Assembly (NCBI GenBank): GCA_943704425.1
Contig: CALSCP010001486.1
Coordinates: 6,957 to 70,956 of the forward strand
Direction: 5' to 3'
Length of the DNA: 64,000 nt
DNA from: Ministeria vibrans ATCC 50519
Lineage: Eukaryota; Protista; Filasterea
The position numbers and the translations under genes are program-made. The notes under the pieces were generated by a model. It saw only the letters and a program-made list of their open reading frames with translations. It was not told where the DNA came from and made no database searches. Each line of letters begins with the position of its first letter. Position 1 is the first letter of the stretch. Shown piece after piece: positions 11,413 through 24,900 of the stretch.

Positions 11413-13063
11413 GCAACAACAACAACAACAACAACAACAACAGGCCGTGGTCGCTGCAGTCCCGGCCGTGCGGGGCCATGCGAGACGCCCGTCCCAAGGC
11501 TCGCGCGGCATTGTCACCACCTTCGACTTGGGTGTGCCGCCCAATCAGCTCTTTTTTATTGGTTCTCAACTGGTGGCACTCTCGGGCGCCACGGGTCGCA
11601 TTGGTCTGTGGAACTCAATGAGCCAGCATTGGCAGAACCAGTTGGTCCCGCACATCATCACGAGCCACGACTGTGCAGGCTCTCTTCTTGTCCTCGGCTA
11701 CAATAATGGCGCCATCTGGTGCGAATGCAATATGTTGTCATTTGTACTCACTTTTGTCGCTTCTTTCACTCTGTTCTCTCTTCTTCTATTTGTTCTGTGT
11801 CTGTTTTGTCACTTTGTCTCCCTTTTTTTATCTTTGTTCTGTGTCTGTTCTGTCACTTTGTCTCTCTTTCTTTTATCACTTTCTGTCTCTGTTTTGTCTC
11901 TTTCTTTAGTTACTTTGTTCTCTGTTTTTTTGTATCACTTTGTTTTGTTTTTCTTTCTTCCTCTCATTTCCTTCGTTCTTTCTCTCTCTCTTAGCTATGT
12001 GGACGTCGAGAAGTTTCCTGTGCGCATGAAGGACAACGACTTGCTTGTCAACGAGCTGTATCACGACACGAGCGGCTCGCCCATCACGGCCGTCTCCGTC
12101 TACCTTTCCAGTGCAGGCGATCCAGCCGGTAAAAACTGGACGGAGATTGCGTACGGGACTGCATCCGGGCTCGTGCGCATCATCAGCCAACACCCCGAGA
12201 CGGCCGGTCAAGGCCCCTTTCAGATCTCATACACTGTCCATCGTCATCCCATTGTCCGTATTGAGCTCAGCGAGCGCTTTCTCGTTTGTGGTACGCAAAA
12301 GCCAAAAAAAAAAAAACATCATCATCATCATCATCAACATCATCATCCTCTCACTCGTTTTTTTTTACTTCTTAACAGTGTGTGAGGAGGACTCGCATGT
12401 GCGCACATTCAAAGTGACGCGTTTCCGCGGACGCATCAGCACTCAACCTGGCGCACTGCCCCTTGCTTCCTTCCACCTCACGAGCGTCGACGAGCCCAGC
12501 GACCAGGGACCGCTTGGCAATGACGAACCACAGGTACAGTTTGTGCATCGGCCATTTGCACACGTGTGTATACCCATCCCTCTTATATTATTGCGTTGCT
12601 TGTCGTTAGGTCTTTGTACAGCGCTCCAACACAGACAGTGATCGTTTGCTCATTCGCGACGCAAGTACAGGCGACCGTGTCTGTCTCATTTCAGCCATTG
12701 ATCAAAGGTAAAGTGAAAAAGGCGAGCATCACTTCGTCATTTCTTAAGAGTACATGACCAACATGGATATCATCATAATAATTATTGTCGCAGTGCCATC
12801 AGTGCCTTTTGCGTTCATGAGTGTGACAGTCCGTCGCGCGTGGGCTCTCGTGCCCGTCGCTTTTTCCTGACGGGCCATGATAATGGCTCAGTCCAAATAT
12901 GGGATCTTAATGTCGCTTTGGAGTACTTGAAGGACGGAAAAACTGGTAAGAGCGGCTAAACTGCGATAAAATTGACTTTAAAAACACAATATTTTCTGTA
13001 GATTTCTTGCGCGACAATGGATTTGATTTGGGTTCACTGGCACTCTTTGGAATTCACGCTTGA
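9981..13063 (+). CDS. BTB/POZ + WD40 protein, KCTD3/SHKBP1 family, with a polyQ insert
   Basis: [88 protein letters not shown] and [13 protein letters not shown]. Confidence 0.92.
11380..11443 (+). repeat. (CAA)n coding polyglutamine tract of about 21 Q
   Basis: Directly visible in the KCTD3-like exon. Confidence 0.95.
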
Positions 13064-14299
13064 GGAGTAAAAAGACAGCCTGTGCTTAATTGAATTCAAT
13101 TTTCTTACTTTTTCCTTTGCGTCTCTTTGTGTTCGTAATTACTCCCACGGCTCTCTTTTTTGTCTCCCTATTAATTATTTGTCTGTCTTTTTCATTCCCT
13201 AGAGGTCTGTATGTAATATCTCCCTTTTGTTTGTCGTTTGAGCGCCAGTACTACTGCTCAATCATTGTAACTTCTCATTTGTATCTAGAGACACTTTGCC
13301 ATCTTAAAAAAGCATCTTAATTTATAACCTTGTCGCCTCTCTTCTTCTCGTCGTGAAGCCACTTTATAACTTTCAAGTTTGTAGATAATGACCTTTTTGA
13401 AATTTATAAAAATCACACGTTTTCTCTCCAAACACCATAAATGCCGCGATTCCCCTCACCTCATCGCAACAGGTGGGTGTATCTCTAGAGGTCCACCGAC
13501 GAACGTGGCTAGCCCTCCGTGGCCCGTGAGGACGGACTCTAGAATCGTTTACCTTCGTCGCACGCCGACTACCTTTTTTTTTTGAAAACCTAGAGGATGA
13601 AAGCTGAATTCATTGTACAACCCTCCGAAGCGGCTGCTCCATCCCCGCATGGGCCGAACGGTAATGAGAACGAGACTTGCATGCGCTCAAAAAGGTGCAC
13701 CGGCTAGCCAAGCACACCCCCGAGCCCAGGCTAATGCAAAGCTGCGAACGCCTCGTGGTGATATATACTTACTTACTAGTTACTTACTAGTAGTTCAGAG
13801 AGCGCGATGGCCTCATTAATGGCATGAATGATGTGATATCAGCTGATGTTCCGAAAAAACAGTCTGAATACAATTATCGTTATCTAGTATATACGGCCCC
13901 TCCCAAATTTCTAGTACCAAACACTTTATTGAAACATACAGGTCTAGACAGGTTAAATGCTGCGCAGAGAGGTAATTAATTAATTACTTTTTAATAAACT
14001 TGAGCTGACGCTTTTGGTTTATAAAAGTTCATTTACGAATAATACATTTAATAGTAATTTTCGCGATACACATTGTTCTTTAATTAAATTACTGGTTAAT
14101 ATTTCGCATAATGTCATGCACGTGAAAGTAGTTTACTCCAATTTGTTATATCAGGCGAAATACATAAAGTAATTTACTATACGGCTTATTTAAGCTTTCC
14201 GGCTTTTGCTGCTTCCCATTTCTCGGCGTTAGCGGTTTTGGAAGAGATTTCACTCGTGATCTTTCAGCCAAAAGTTAGCGGTTTGAATAGGAGCGGCGA

Positions 14300-15006
14300 G
14301 AGGCACACAACGAGGGTGAGAGTGATAGAGACGAGAGGTGAGGCAGAAATATGGGACAGAAGTACGAGTTCTTCGGAATCTGTCGCCGGAGATCGAAGCC
14401 AACTATGAGGCGCGCATTGAGAGCCGACTTCGAAGCACACCGATAAAAATCACCCAACCTGGTGAAGCACGGGAGCATGAAAGGCAGCGGACAGCAAAGG
14501 GGGGTTTTTTTTGTATTTTTTGGAAGTTCTAGGGCAAAAGCAAGACAATCTAACCATCCGAAGTGGCTGCTTCGGTATTTTTTTTTTGGAAGCCTTAGGG
14601 CAAAAGCTTCATTGTACAAGAGCACTGCTCAGCTGCAAGTTTTTTGACGGCGAGTATGAATCCTGTGCTGAAGGGGCGATGAAATTGAAGAAAGCGGTAG
14701 AGGAAATTGAAATGGCATGGGAGATGGACGGGGGCGAACTGGGAGAGGGCAATTAGTGCTCAATCATCAGTGCGACTGGCCACGAGCTACTGGTGACAAT
14801 AGTCAAGCAGATGTACAATAGTTGAAAGAAGCTGAGAAGGTGATGATACAGACGGTGAAGGATCCCACCTTGGTTGAGGATGAGAAAGAGAGATTATCGA
14901 GAGAGACAACATGGTAGAGCTGCATAATACATCTAGGGCTAGAGGGGACTGCCAGGCTGGGAACAGACGGCGAGGAAGACGAATGCTCCGGCCTCCGGGT
15001 TCGTTG
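14300..15006 (+). pseudogene. Decayed coding-like, purine-rich segment (possible transposon or gene remnant)
   Basis: Short E/K-rich ORF fragments interrupted by stops. An imperfect direct repeat TTTTTTGGAAGxxxTAGGGCAAAAGC occurs at ~14516 and ~14582. No domain recognised. Confidence 0.25.
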
Positions 15007-15186
15007 AGTCTTCAAAGTGAGCCAACGGGTTTGCTACCGATACGCGAGACTGAAAGACGTATTAAAATTTGATATTTCGTAAAAATAACAATAATCTTAT
15101 TGTAGTTTATTACTTCTTTCGACTAACTGCCCACACATTTGCCATATCGGTTTGAACACCCCCGATTACAACCACTCGCCAGCCCA

Positions 15187-15778
15187 ATGTTTCCAAACAC
15201 CCCGTCTCGCGAAGAAGCATACTTGGAGAGGCACAACATCCACGCAGTGATCCGCGAGCTCCTCGCTCGTCTCGTTGTCGAGCAACCGCCCAATGCCCGT
15301 ACGGCGCTCGTAGATTTCATCGAAGATCTTAAGAGAATACGAGACACGCCGGTAAGAAGTTGTTTCTGGTGTTCGTTATCGTTGTCAATGGCAACGCATT
15401 CACTTTGTTTTAATGTAGTCCACCAGCGCCTCCTCCGCTGCATCTTTGTTCACTCGCTCCAACCTGGAAGCAATGTTTGGGCTGTATGACGTGACTGGAA
15501 CGGGAACGATGAGCTTAGAGCAGTATTCTCACGGTGAGGAAACAAACAACCGTTTGTGCACTCAATTATATATATAATCTCTAGCAATGAAATCAATTGG
15601 AGTGGACCAATTCAACGCGACGCCAGAGACAACAGTACAGGTACATGTGTAGATGGGCGTCAATGCGTGTTGACAGCCAGCATTGACTTGTGTACTCCAA
15701 CAGGGAATGGTGTCGCGCGCAACGTTCGTTCAGGAAGCCTTACACGCACAAGCAGAGACACTTCGGACTTTGATATGA
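15187..15778 (+). CDS. EFCAB10: EFCAB10-like protein (RIIa/DPY30-like dimerisation domain + EF-hand), 4 exons
   Basis: AYLERHNIHAVIRELLARLVVEQP, then NLEAMFGLYDVTGTGTMSLEQY (EF-hand) and AMKSIGV. Confidence 0.8.
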
Positions 15779-15984
15779 ATCAATACACACACCCAGGTCT
15801 ACTGTCACCACTCCATATACGTACTAAATTTCGAAGAAGAGGAAGAAGCTAACAAGAAAAAAGAGCAAAACTGAAACAACAATAACATTAACTGTCTTAT
15901 TATTAATCATTATTATGTCTTAGAGATATGGTGTATTGTAACTGTCAAACAATCTGAAAACAAGCATTTATAATTTCATAAAAT

Positions 15985-18900
15985 TTACGTATGTACAAGA
16001 TAGGGAAGTTCCTTGCGAAGGGACTGTAGAAGCTTTTTGACGTCGGTCATCTGAAGGGAAAAGGCGCGCATCTCGGCCTGCATCTGGTGCAGTTCGGTCT
16101 GCTCGTCGACGGCCTCGCTAGTGTCTTCGAGGGCCGACGTGCGCAGACGCGGGAACCAGTCGAGAGCGCCTTCAGTGATCTTACCCTGCACGTACGATTC
16201 GGGGCCGTTGAACTCGGTGCTGGGTTTGGTGCGCAGATGAACGACAAAGTACAGATAGGCCCACAGGTTGTGATCGTCCTACACACGGAGGGTGAGTCCC
16301 AAGAGAGAGGAAGAGAGAGAGAAGGACAGAAAGAGACAAAGAAAGAAAGAGAAAAAAGTAAAAGTAAGAGAGAAAGAGAAAGAAAGTAAGAAGAAAGAGA
16401 AAGAAAGTAAGAAGAAAAAGAAGGAAAGTAAGAAGAAAGAGAAGGAAAGTAAGAGAAAAAGAGAAGGAAAGTAAGAAGAAAGAGAAGAAAAGTAAGAGAA
16501 AAAGAGAAAGAAAGTAAGGAGAGAAAGAAAACGAAAAATAGAAAGAAAAGGACGTTACCTTGATGTGCGACTCGAAGGTAACTGCACGATTATCAAAGGC
16601 ACCGCGATCAAGCCCACAAATAAAGCAGGTGTTGCGTCGGTTCTCTTCCTTCTCGTTCTTCTCCGCTCTACGCAACACAGCAAAAAAATGAGAAAATAAA
16701 AAATAAAAGAGAAAGAGAGAGAAGGGATGAAAAGCAAAGCAATCAAGAGAGAGGAGAAAAAAAGAAAAAGAACATGCGGAAAGACAATACCTGAGGTCGG
16801 CAAAAGTATCAATGATGACGCCGAAGATGAGGTTGAGAACGATGATGATGACGAAAAAGAAGAAACTGAGATCGTAGATGATACGCGCGGCGTAGAGGGG
16901 GTCGGACGCGGACTTGGCCATGAGAACGTCGCCGATGCCCCCACCGTTACGCAGACCGTGATTGAGCGTCGTGACAATACAGTGCAGCATCGTGTCGCAC
17001 GACCGCTCGTTCTCGACCGTCTCCGTGCTGCGTGAGTAAGTACGAAAAGAGGAGCGACAAAAAACAAAATGAGACGACGAAAGATACAGGCAGAAAGAAA
17101 ACGAAGGAAGAGAGCGAAACAAAGTGATACAAAAGGAAGAATAACGCAGAACAAGATATGGGATGGACAATGAACAACAATCCAAATGACATACGTACTT
17201 GAGAAGAAAGTCATTGTGAAAGTACAAATGACCAACAATGCTAAAGAGATATATTACAATGAGGGCGAACACGGCAGTCAGAAGAATCGATTTCCCTAAG
17301 CACACATACAGCGTTAATACTTCCGGATTCATTATTGTTCAGCTGCCGAATACCGTTTCGAGTGACGGAGCGAATGACATTCTGAAGGGTCTCCTCGCGC
17401 ACCACAATGTCAAGAAGCAGCAGCGCATAGAAAAAGTGGTTCCACAGGCCAAGCAGACAACACACAAGATAACATAGATAATACACAAGCATGAAGTCCT
17501 ACGAATCGCGCATGAGCCACATACTTGGGCACAAGAGATACAGACACACATGAAAAAAAAAGAGAAAACCACAAAACACAGAACACAAACACGCACACAC
17601 AAAAAAAAAACAAAGAAAAAAAAAACAAAGTGATAAAGAGAAATCGAGAGGGAAAGAAGGAAGAAAAAAACAACGTGATAGAGAGAGAAAAAACCTCACA
17701 CAAGTCACACAGATCCAAAAAACACACACACCACATACACTCGAACAAGAACAAACACACACGCATCCACATGGAGATAATACTCCAATGCCTTACGTGG
17801 AACAGACGCTTTTTGCGAATGAGGAACATTCCGCTGTTTGCGAGGTAGCTGGCAAGAATAGTGCTGGCATTGGTGACCTGGAGCACGCCAAGACCGGCCA
17901 TGATGATCTCGACGTAGTGTACATAGGCGTAGCTCACGCGCATAGGACCTCCGCCAGGCTTCTCGTCGGCAGTGGGCAGAGGAAAGAACAAAATGATGAA
18001 GGTGTTGATGAGAATGGCAAAGAAAAAACTCATGCGCGACCAGCCTCGCATGTTGCGGCTGAACCAGTACAGCGCCGGCTTCTTCTGCAGGTCGTACTGC
18101 CAGCACATTTCGTGATACAGATCGTTCATGCGTGAGAAGAAGTGCGCCACTTTGGACCCTTGGTCGTCGCGCTTGGTGTTCATGAGCACTTCCTGTTTGC
18201 TCTGGTCCGTCAAAAACTACAGACAGAAAGAGATGGTGATAAATAGATGCATAGTTAGAAAAACATAGTGATAAAGAGAGAGGGAGCAATAAAGAAAGGT
18301 GAACAAGCAAAAGAAAACAAAAGCGAGAAAAGAAAAAGAAAATAGTACAGAACGACAAAGAGAACAAAGAAAGTCGAGAAAACAAGTGTGAGAGAAAATA
18401 AAACAACCAAGAACAAAAAGAAAGAGAGAGAATAATATCGAACAAGCAGGAGAACAAGCAAAGAAAGGAGTAAAAGAATTAGACAAAAACAAATGAGAGA
18501 GAAAGGACAAACAACAAAGAACAAAAAAAGAAAAGAAAAAATTATCTTACGTGACAAATGTCGGGTATGGGAAAGCAAATCTTCTCGAGCTTGGAATGGC
18601 GAGCAATCTCAACGTGACCGGTGTGGGACGGGTAGAAGGCAAGGCTCTGGGAGGAGGGATTGGGGGTGCGAAGAGCAGCGGCAAGAATGGCATTGTTGTC
18701 GGCGAGCGTGTAGAGGAGAATGTAGAGGTTGTGGCCGACGGTGTTGACGTCGCTTGCGTCCATATTGGCCGCGCCCGGCTGCACACCCCACGACAAGTTC
18801 TGCTCGTAGATCCACTCAAGCACAGACAGCATTTGTTTCACGTCCAAGTGCAGATTGATGCGATCCACCATCTCAGCCGAAAGGCCACTCTCAATCATGC

Positions 18901-21900
18901 TCAGCAGCAAAATCACCGCCGTCCCCTTCAGTTCCACGACCAGGTCTACGCGTGAGCTCGCCAGTTGCGTCAAATCCGCAACCACAAGAGCAAGAACAAT
19001 GGCGATGCCATTCGTATCGCCCATCGTAATGCACTGCTGATTCTCCCGACACGGTCCCTGACAGAACTCAGTCAATGTGACCAAACACTGGTTGATCAGA
19101 CTAACGAGAGAGAAAAGAGTTGGGTTAGCAAAGAAACAACACTCAACAGATCCAAGAAAAATAAATAGATCAAAGCAACGATACATCAAACACACCAAAT
19201 ACATCAGAAAAATAAAAATATTAAATATTAAATAAAAAAACACATCAATACATCGGAAAAGCAAAAAAAAACATCAATAAAAAAACACCTTAAAAACATC
19301 AGAAAAACACACCATATACATCAATGATCAAAACAATGACCAAAAACACAAGAAAAAACACCCAAAAAAGTACCGAAAATTGCGCTCGTTGATGTAGAGC
19401 CCCAGAAGACCAAATCCGCCGATGGAGGAGCCGCACATACTGTCGAGGAACTGCAGCGTGTCCTGCACTAAGTTGCACGAGTTCTTGGCGTGCGACTGCT
19501 TGCGCAACAGCGACTGCAGCGCAAGATTGTGGTTCTCGCACAGCAACTGAAGAAATCGCATAATCTCAACAATGCACTCAATCTCAGGCGTGTTCGAGTT
19601 GCTCTCCATCATCATGTCCTTCTCCGTGCCCGAAAAGCTCTTAATCTCCAAAATCACCTGAACAAACGCCTGGTGAAGCTTGCCAAAAAAGGTCGACAGT
19701 TCGGGCACGGCAAAGATAGACTCAAACGACGACTGCAGCTGGAAGTTGCCGCCGAGCAGCAGCGCAATGCCAAAGCGAATCGACTCGATGAACACCGGTG
19801 AGTCAATGGTGCTGCCCACGGCAAGACCCACTACAAGCCGACTAGCGCCATTCGTATCGAGTGACTCCTGCACCTCCGACTGCGTCGGCTGTCGCGGCAC
19901 CTGCTGCCCAAAGTACTTGCGTTGCTCGCGCAGCAACAACTGCCGCGCATCGTCGCCCAGCTGCGTCAGCTTGTCCGTGTCCAACATGCAACACAGCATG
20001 TGCAGCAGCTGCACGCACAACGACCGCTCGCCCTCGTCCATGCCACCCGCGTGCTCAATGACACGCGCAACCAGCCCAGGCGGCTGTCGCAACAAACTCG
20101 GATTGTTCATAATCGTAATGAGCACCATCTGCTCGGCAGTGCGCAACGGCGCCATCTCCTCCGCCAAAATGCTCACAAAACGCTTAAGACCACTCACAAT
20201 GTTTTGTGCATGCTCCGCATCGCCGCGCAACATACCCGTCAGCTGCATGCTGCGTCGTCGACGCAACCGCAAGAAGCCATCGGCGCCTAGGTGCGACGCG
20301 CGCGAAATGGTTGCACTCTTCTCGATCTCCTGGTGCACCGCTACCTCAATGACAATGTTGTGACGTGTCGCGACCGCCTGCATCTCGCTCATGACCTGCA
20401 TCAGACTCGTGCGCCACCCACCCACCACCCAATCCTGGCGCAACAGCCGAATAATTCCCACCAGAATCTGCGTAAATGTCTCCGAGTGCGTCTGAAGACT
20501 CTGCGTCGGCATCGCCAGCGAAATGCCAAAGCAAAAGTGGAGACACTGGCAAATGGAGTCGCACACGTACTGGTTGAACAACGTCGAGTCACCCTTGTAC
20601 ACGGCCGAGTTGCCCGCGAGCTCAATGTCCACAAAGAAGCGCTGAAACAGCGTCCACATGTGCGCCGTGGCCGTCAGCTCCTTCACCTCAATCTCCGTGT
20701 CCGAATAGCAGTGATTCAAAAAGTCCACATACGCCTTCTTCACCTCGACCACCATCTCGGGATGGCACACCATGCGAACAATCGAGTCGAGCGGCAGCAG
20801 ACTCTGGCACTTGATCTCCGTGTTCGCATTCTTGCCCTCGGTGCAGTACGCTAAAAGCTCTACAAGCGCCGCGTGGTACCGCACCTCGCTGCGATCACCC
20901 TTGGTCAGGTCGTCGCCCTGAATCAGCTGCTGAAACTGATCAAAGGAGGCGGGATCGTTGTAAAAGGCGAGCACCTCGTCGTCCGCCTGACTCAGCGCCG
21001 CCATTACCATGTCCTGCGTCTTGCGCAAACAGTGTCCCTCCACCTTGACAATATCCTTGAGAAAGTTGAGGTACGACACAAGGCGACCCTGCTTGCGAAT
21101 GGCCGTCACCACCTGATTGATGATAGACTCCTTGATCGAGCTGCACAGCGCAAAGTTGTTGAGAAACACCTGTCGCACCGTCTCCATGCCACGGTGATGC
21201 GACGATAACGTCTGCACAAACAGGTCAATGTAGCCGTGCAACAGCGTCTGGTTCTCCGCATTCTCCCGACAAAAATCCTGCAGAAACTTGTGCGCCAGAT
21301 CGAACAGCTTCGCCATCGACGTGTCTGCCTTCTTGTCGTGCGGCACTTTGAGAAGCTCAATGACGTGCACGTGCGCGCCCAAGTTGCGCAACAGACGCTG
21401 GTTCTCGTGGTTGCGCGACACGTCCTTGCTTGCGGGTGCCAAACAGAGACCTCGCAGACGCACCAAAATGTCCGAGATGCGCAGGTAATTGTTGGCGCTC
21501 GTGACCTTGCGCGCCGCCTTGGCCTCCTCCTCGTCAATAAGCGCCGCCACACGCGCCGCCTCCTCCGAGTCGTAGATGAGGCTCGCGTCGCGACTCGACG
21601 CTGCCGTCGTCGAAACGGGTCGTGGCACGCGCGCCGCCCACTCGCTCGTTGTGGTTGCCGCCGCTGCCGTCGATTCAGCAGCACCCGAACCGCCACTACC
21701 TGCTTGCACCGCCGCCACCGCCGCTTTGGTCAGCTGCGTCGTAATATTGTCGTCGACCTTCCCTGTCTTTTCCTTCTTGTCCTTCTTGTCCTTCTTGTCG
21801 GGACTCGACGACGCCTTGCCACCCTTTCCACTTTTGCCGTCCTTACTGCTCTTGTTCGCCGCGTGGAACACCCACAGCTCGCTCTTCTCGACCATGACTC

Positions 21901-24900
21901 GCAGCAAGTCAAGGTCTTCCCGAATCTGACGGTAGTTGTCCACGTCGGTTGCCGACACGAGCAGCTGGACCTTCTCAAAGGACGACAACAACTCGGCACG
22001 CTGGTTGAAATGACGAATGAGCAGTTCGACAGCACCGCTCACCACAGCCGCATTCGAGTGCATAATCAGGTCGAGCAGCACCCGAATGAGCAGCATGCCA
22101 TTAGCATTGTCAAAGTCAAGCGAAACGGGCGCGGCAGCCTCGTCGCCAAATCGCATCGACGTAAAGGACGCAGTCGACGAGCGCTTCGACGAGTGACCCG
22201 AGCGGGGCGGTGGCACATGTAGCAGATGCGAGCGCGGCGATGACAACTCGTTCGCGTCGCTCAACGGCTCCTCAAAGCTGCTCACCTCCAAAATGGGAGT
22301 CGACAAGGGTCGCGATGGCGTCAGCGGACGTGGCGTGCCCGGCAAACTCGGCGTCATGACGGGGCTGGTAAACATGCTTTCGGCTGTCTCGAGAATGCTT
22401 CGTCGCTCGTCCTCCATGCGCTCCTCCTCGCTGCGCTCAGCGCCACTCGCTCGACCAAACAACCCCTCACTGGCACGTCGTGTTATACCCTGGACACCGC
22501 CCTCAACACCACCACCAACGCTAAACGTCGGCGTGGTACTTGCGCGTCGCACTGTCTGCGACGATAAAGACGACGACGACGACAGCGATGGAGGCGGAAC
22601 CGAGTCCAACGACGCGACAGTAGGTGGCAACGGTGGCTCGGCACCGCCTGCACGACGTCGTAGTTCTGCCAGTCGATGCTGGTGGTCCGCCGAGACACCA
22701 GTTTCGCCAGCGTTGGGTCGTCGACGGCGCAGCATCGTTGAATTGCCGGGTGGCTGGATGCCACTGCTGTTGGGTTGATCCGCCGCAGTGCTGCTGCCAT
22801 TACCATTGCTGCTGTTGCTGTTGTGGGTGGAAGAAGACGGAAAGGAGCTGGTCAGGGTAGTCGATGACTCGTTCTCGTCCTCGACCAGCGTTGTGGAGAC
22901 TGACGGGGCGCTTCGAGGAAAGGCACCCTCAAATGAAGCAAAGGAGGATCGTGATGATGTTGCGCCCTTGTGCTCCTGCGACTCCTCTTCGCGCTCGCGT
23001 GCATGCATGCGTCGTCGGTAGATGGCAAGCAGGTAGGAGATGCGATAGTCGAGACGCACGTCGGAGACAAACGAGATGATCTCGAGAATTTTCACCTTGG
23101 TCGTCATGACGGTGAGACTCGAGCGAACACCCTGAAGGCGCGCCAAAGCTGCGTTGCGCCCCACCTCGTTGATAAGTCGACACAGCATGGGCATGGGCCG
23201 TCCAGCATCCGCAAAGGCATCGCTGGACCGGTCGAGAGACAGGCGTCGACGCACCGCGCCCCACTTGTTCAAGGGCGGCGCCAACTCTGCCACCGTGGCG
23301 GTTCGACGTCGTTGTGGTGTCTCAGACGCCGCCGTCGCAGTGGACGCGGTCGCAAGCGAGTCAAACGACATCGACACTGCCGGCGGTACGGGACTTGAAC
23401 GACCGGTCTTGGACGAAAGCGAGACGTCGGTGTACTCGGGTGCCGAGACAGAGCCCGCAACGGTAAGTCGCGAGATTTTGCGCTCCATCGTTTGCAAGGG
23501 AGACTTAGCGGCAGCGGCAGCGGCAGCCGACTCGCGTGCTTCGCGAGCTGTCTCCTCTTTGGCGTCTGCTTCGGCCTTCGAGGCCGCCTCCGCCGCGGCA
23601 CGAGCTGCAATTGTCGCCATTGAAGACGTGCCATCAGGGTCGTCGTGGTTCACAAGCGCCGCCCTGCCACCACTTCCGCTACCACCACCACTGCTGCTGC
23701 CACCGTTGGTGCTGCCCGCGTCGGGATTGCTCGCCTTGAGGAGCGACAAGAAGGAGTTGCGATTCTTGCCGCGACGACGGCCAGGCTCGGAAGCCGCCTG
23801 CATAGAGACGGAATCAAAGGCGGCACGGGCAGCGGCAAAGGCACCCACGTCCGACTCGGTGGCGGTGTTGGCAACAATGTTGGCAATCTCAAAAGCTCGA
23901 CGGGAGTTGTCAAGAATGCCCAAGAGCAGGCCCGACAACTGGATGAGCTCGGTGAAGTTGTAGAAGCCAAAGTAGACGAGGTAGCGCGCAAGGGTGATCA
24001 CCTCAAGTGTCAACTTGTTCTTGTTGGCGTCGTCAAACGACTCGGGCTGACCCTCGAGCGCACGCAAATAGGCACCCACAAACGACTTGGTCTCGCTAAA
24101 GGTCGCTGCCTCGCGCGCCGCTGACATCTCGTACGTGTCAACCGAAATAAGCACGGGCACGTCGGTCCACAGACGCGCGTACTCGACGGGCGTCACTGTC
24201 TCCTGGGGATCGCAGTCGACGTGCATGTGCAGCATGAGACGGCAAAAGGACGCGCGCAAGTCGTAGGGTAGGCGCTCGTCGGACATGCAGCGCAGAAGAA
24301 GGGACACATCGATGCGCGACTTGAGAGCGTTGATGGCAATGTACTGACGATCAAGACACATTTGCGAGAAAAGATCGAGCTGCGCGCGGTAGTAGTTGAG
24401 AGTGGCGACGGTTGCTGGGTCCGGGCTGGGACCAGCCGTCTGCGCGACGAGCAATTGGAGTTCGCGGGAGACGCGCGCGCCCGGCGAGCGTGTCCACGTG
24501 AGCACCACACGATCGCCGTCGTGGAGTTCGGTGGCAATGAGAATGTCTTCGTTCTCGGGGGCGAGCACGGCGACACAGATAAGCTCCTGCGTAACGGGAA
24601 TCGCCTGGTTGTTGACCATTTTCGAGTCTTGGATGTAGCACAAGTCGGTGAGATACTGGACGTAGCGAGAGTCCTTGCGCTCGCGGATGAGCTTGATGAA
24701 GAGATCAATTTCCTCCTTGCGGATGTTCGCCTCGAGCAACTTGCGGTTGTTGTTGAGCAGCGCCGTGATGGTGTCCTCGGCGAGCATGTCAAGACCAATC
24801 TGACGTTGCATAAACTGCAGATTCTTAGCAATAGTCTCCTGGTTCTTGCGGTAGTTTTGTTGCGAGTGGCGCAGCAGACGGTAGCACAGGCGACAGAGAT

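Noticed and set aside
11719-11994. Hydrophobic 'transmembrane' stretches in ORF translations (KCTD3, ITPR introns and others)
   Set aside because: These are read-through translations of CT-rich introns.
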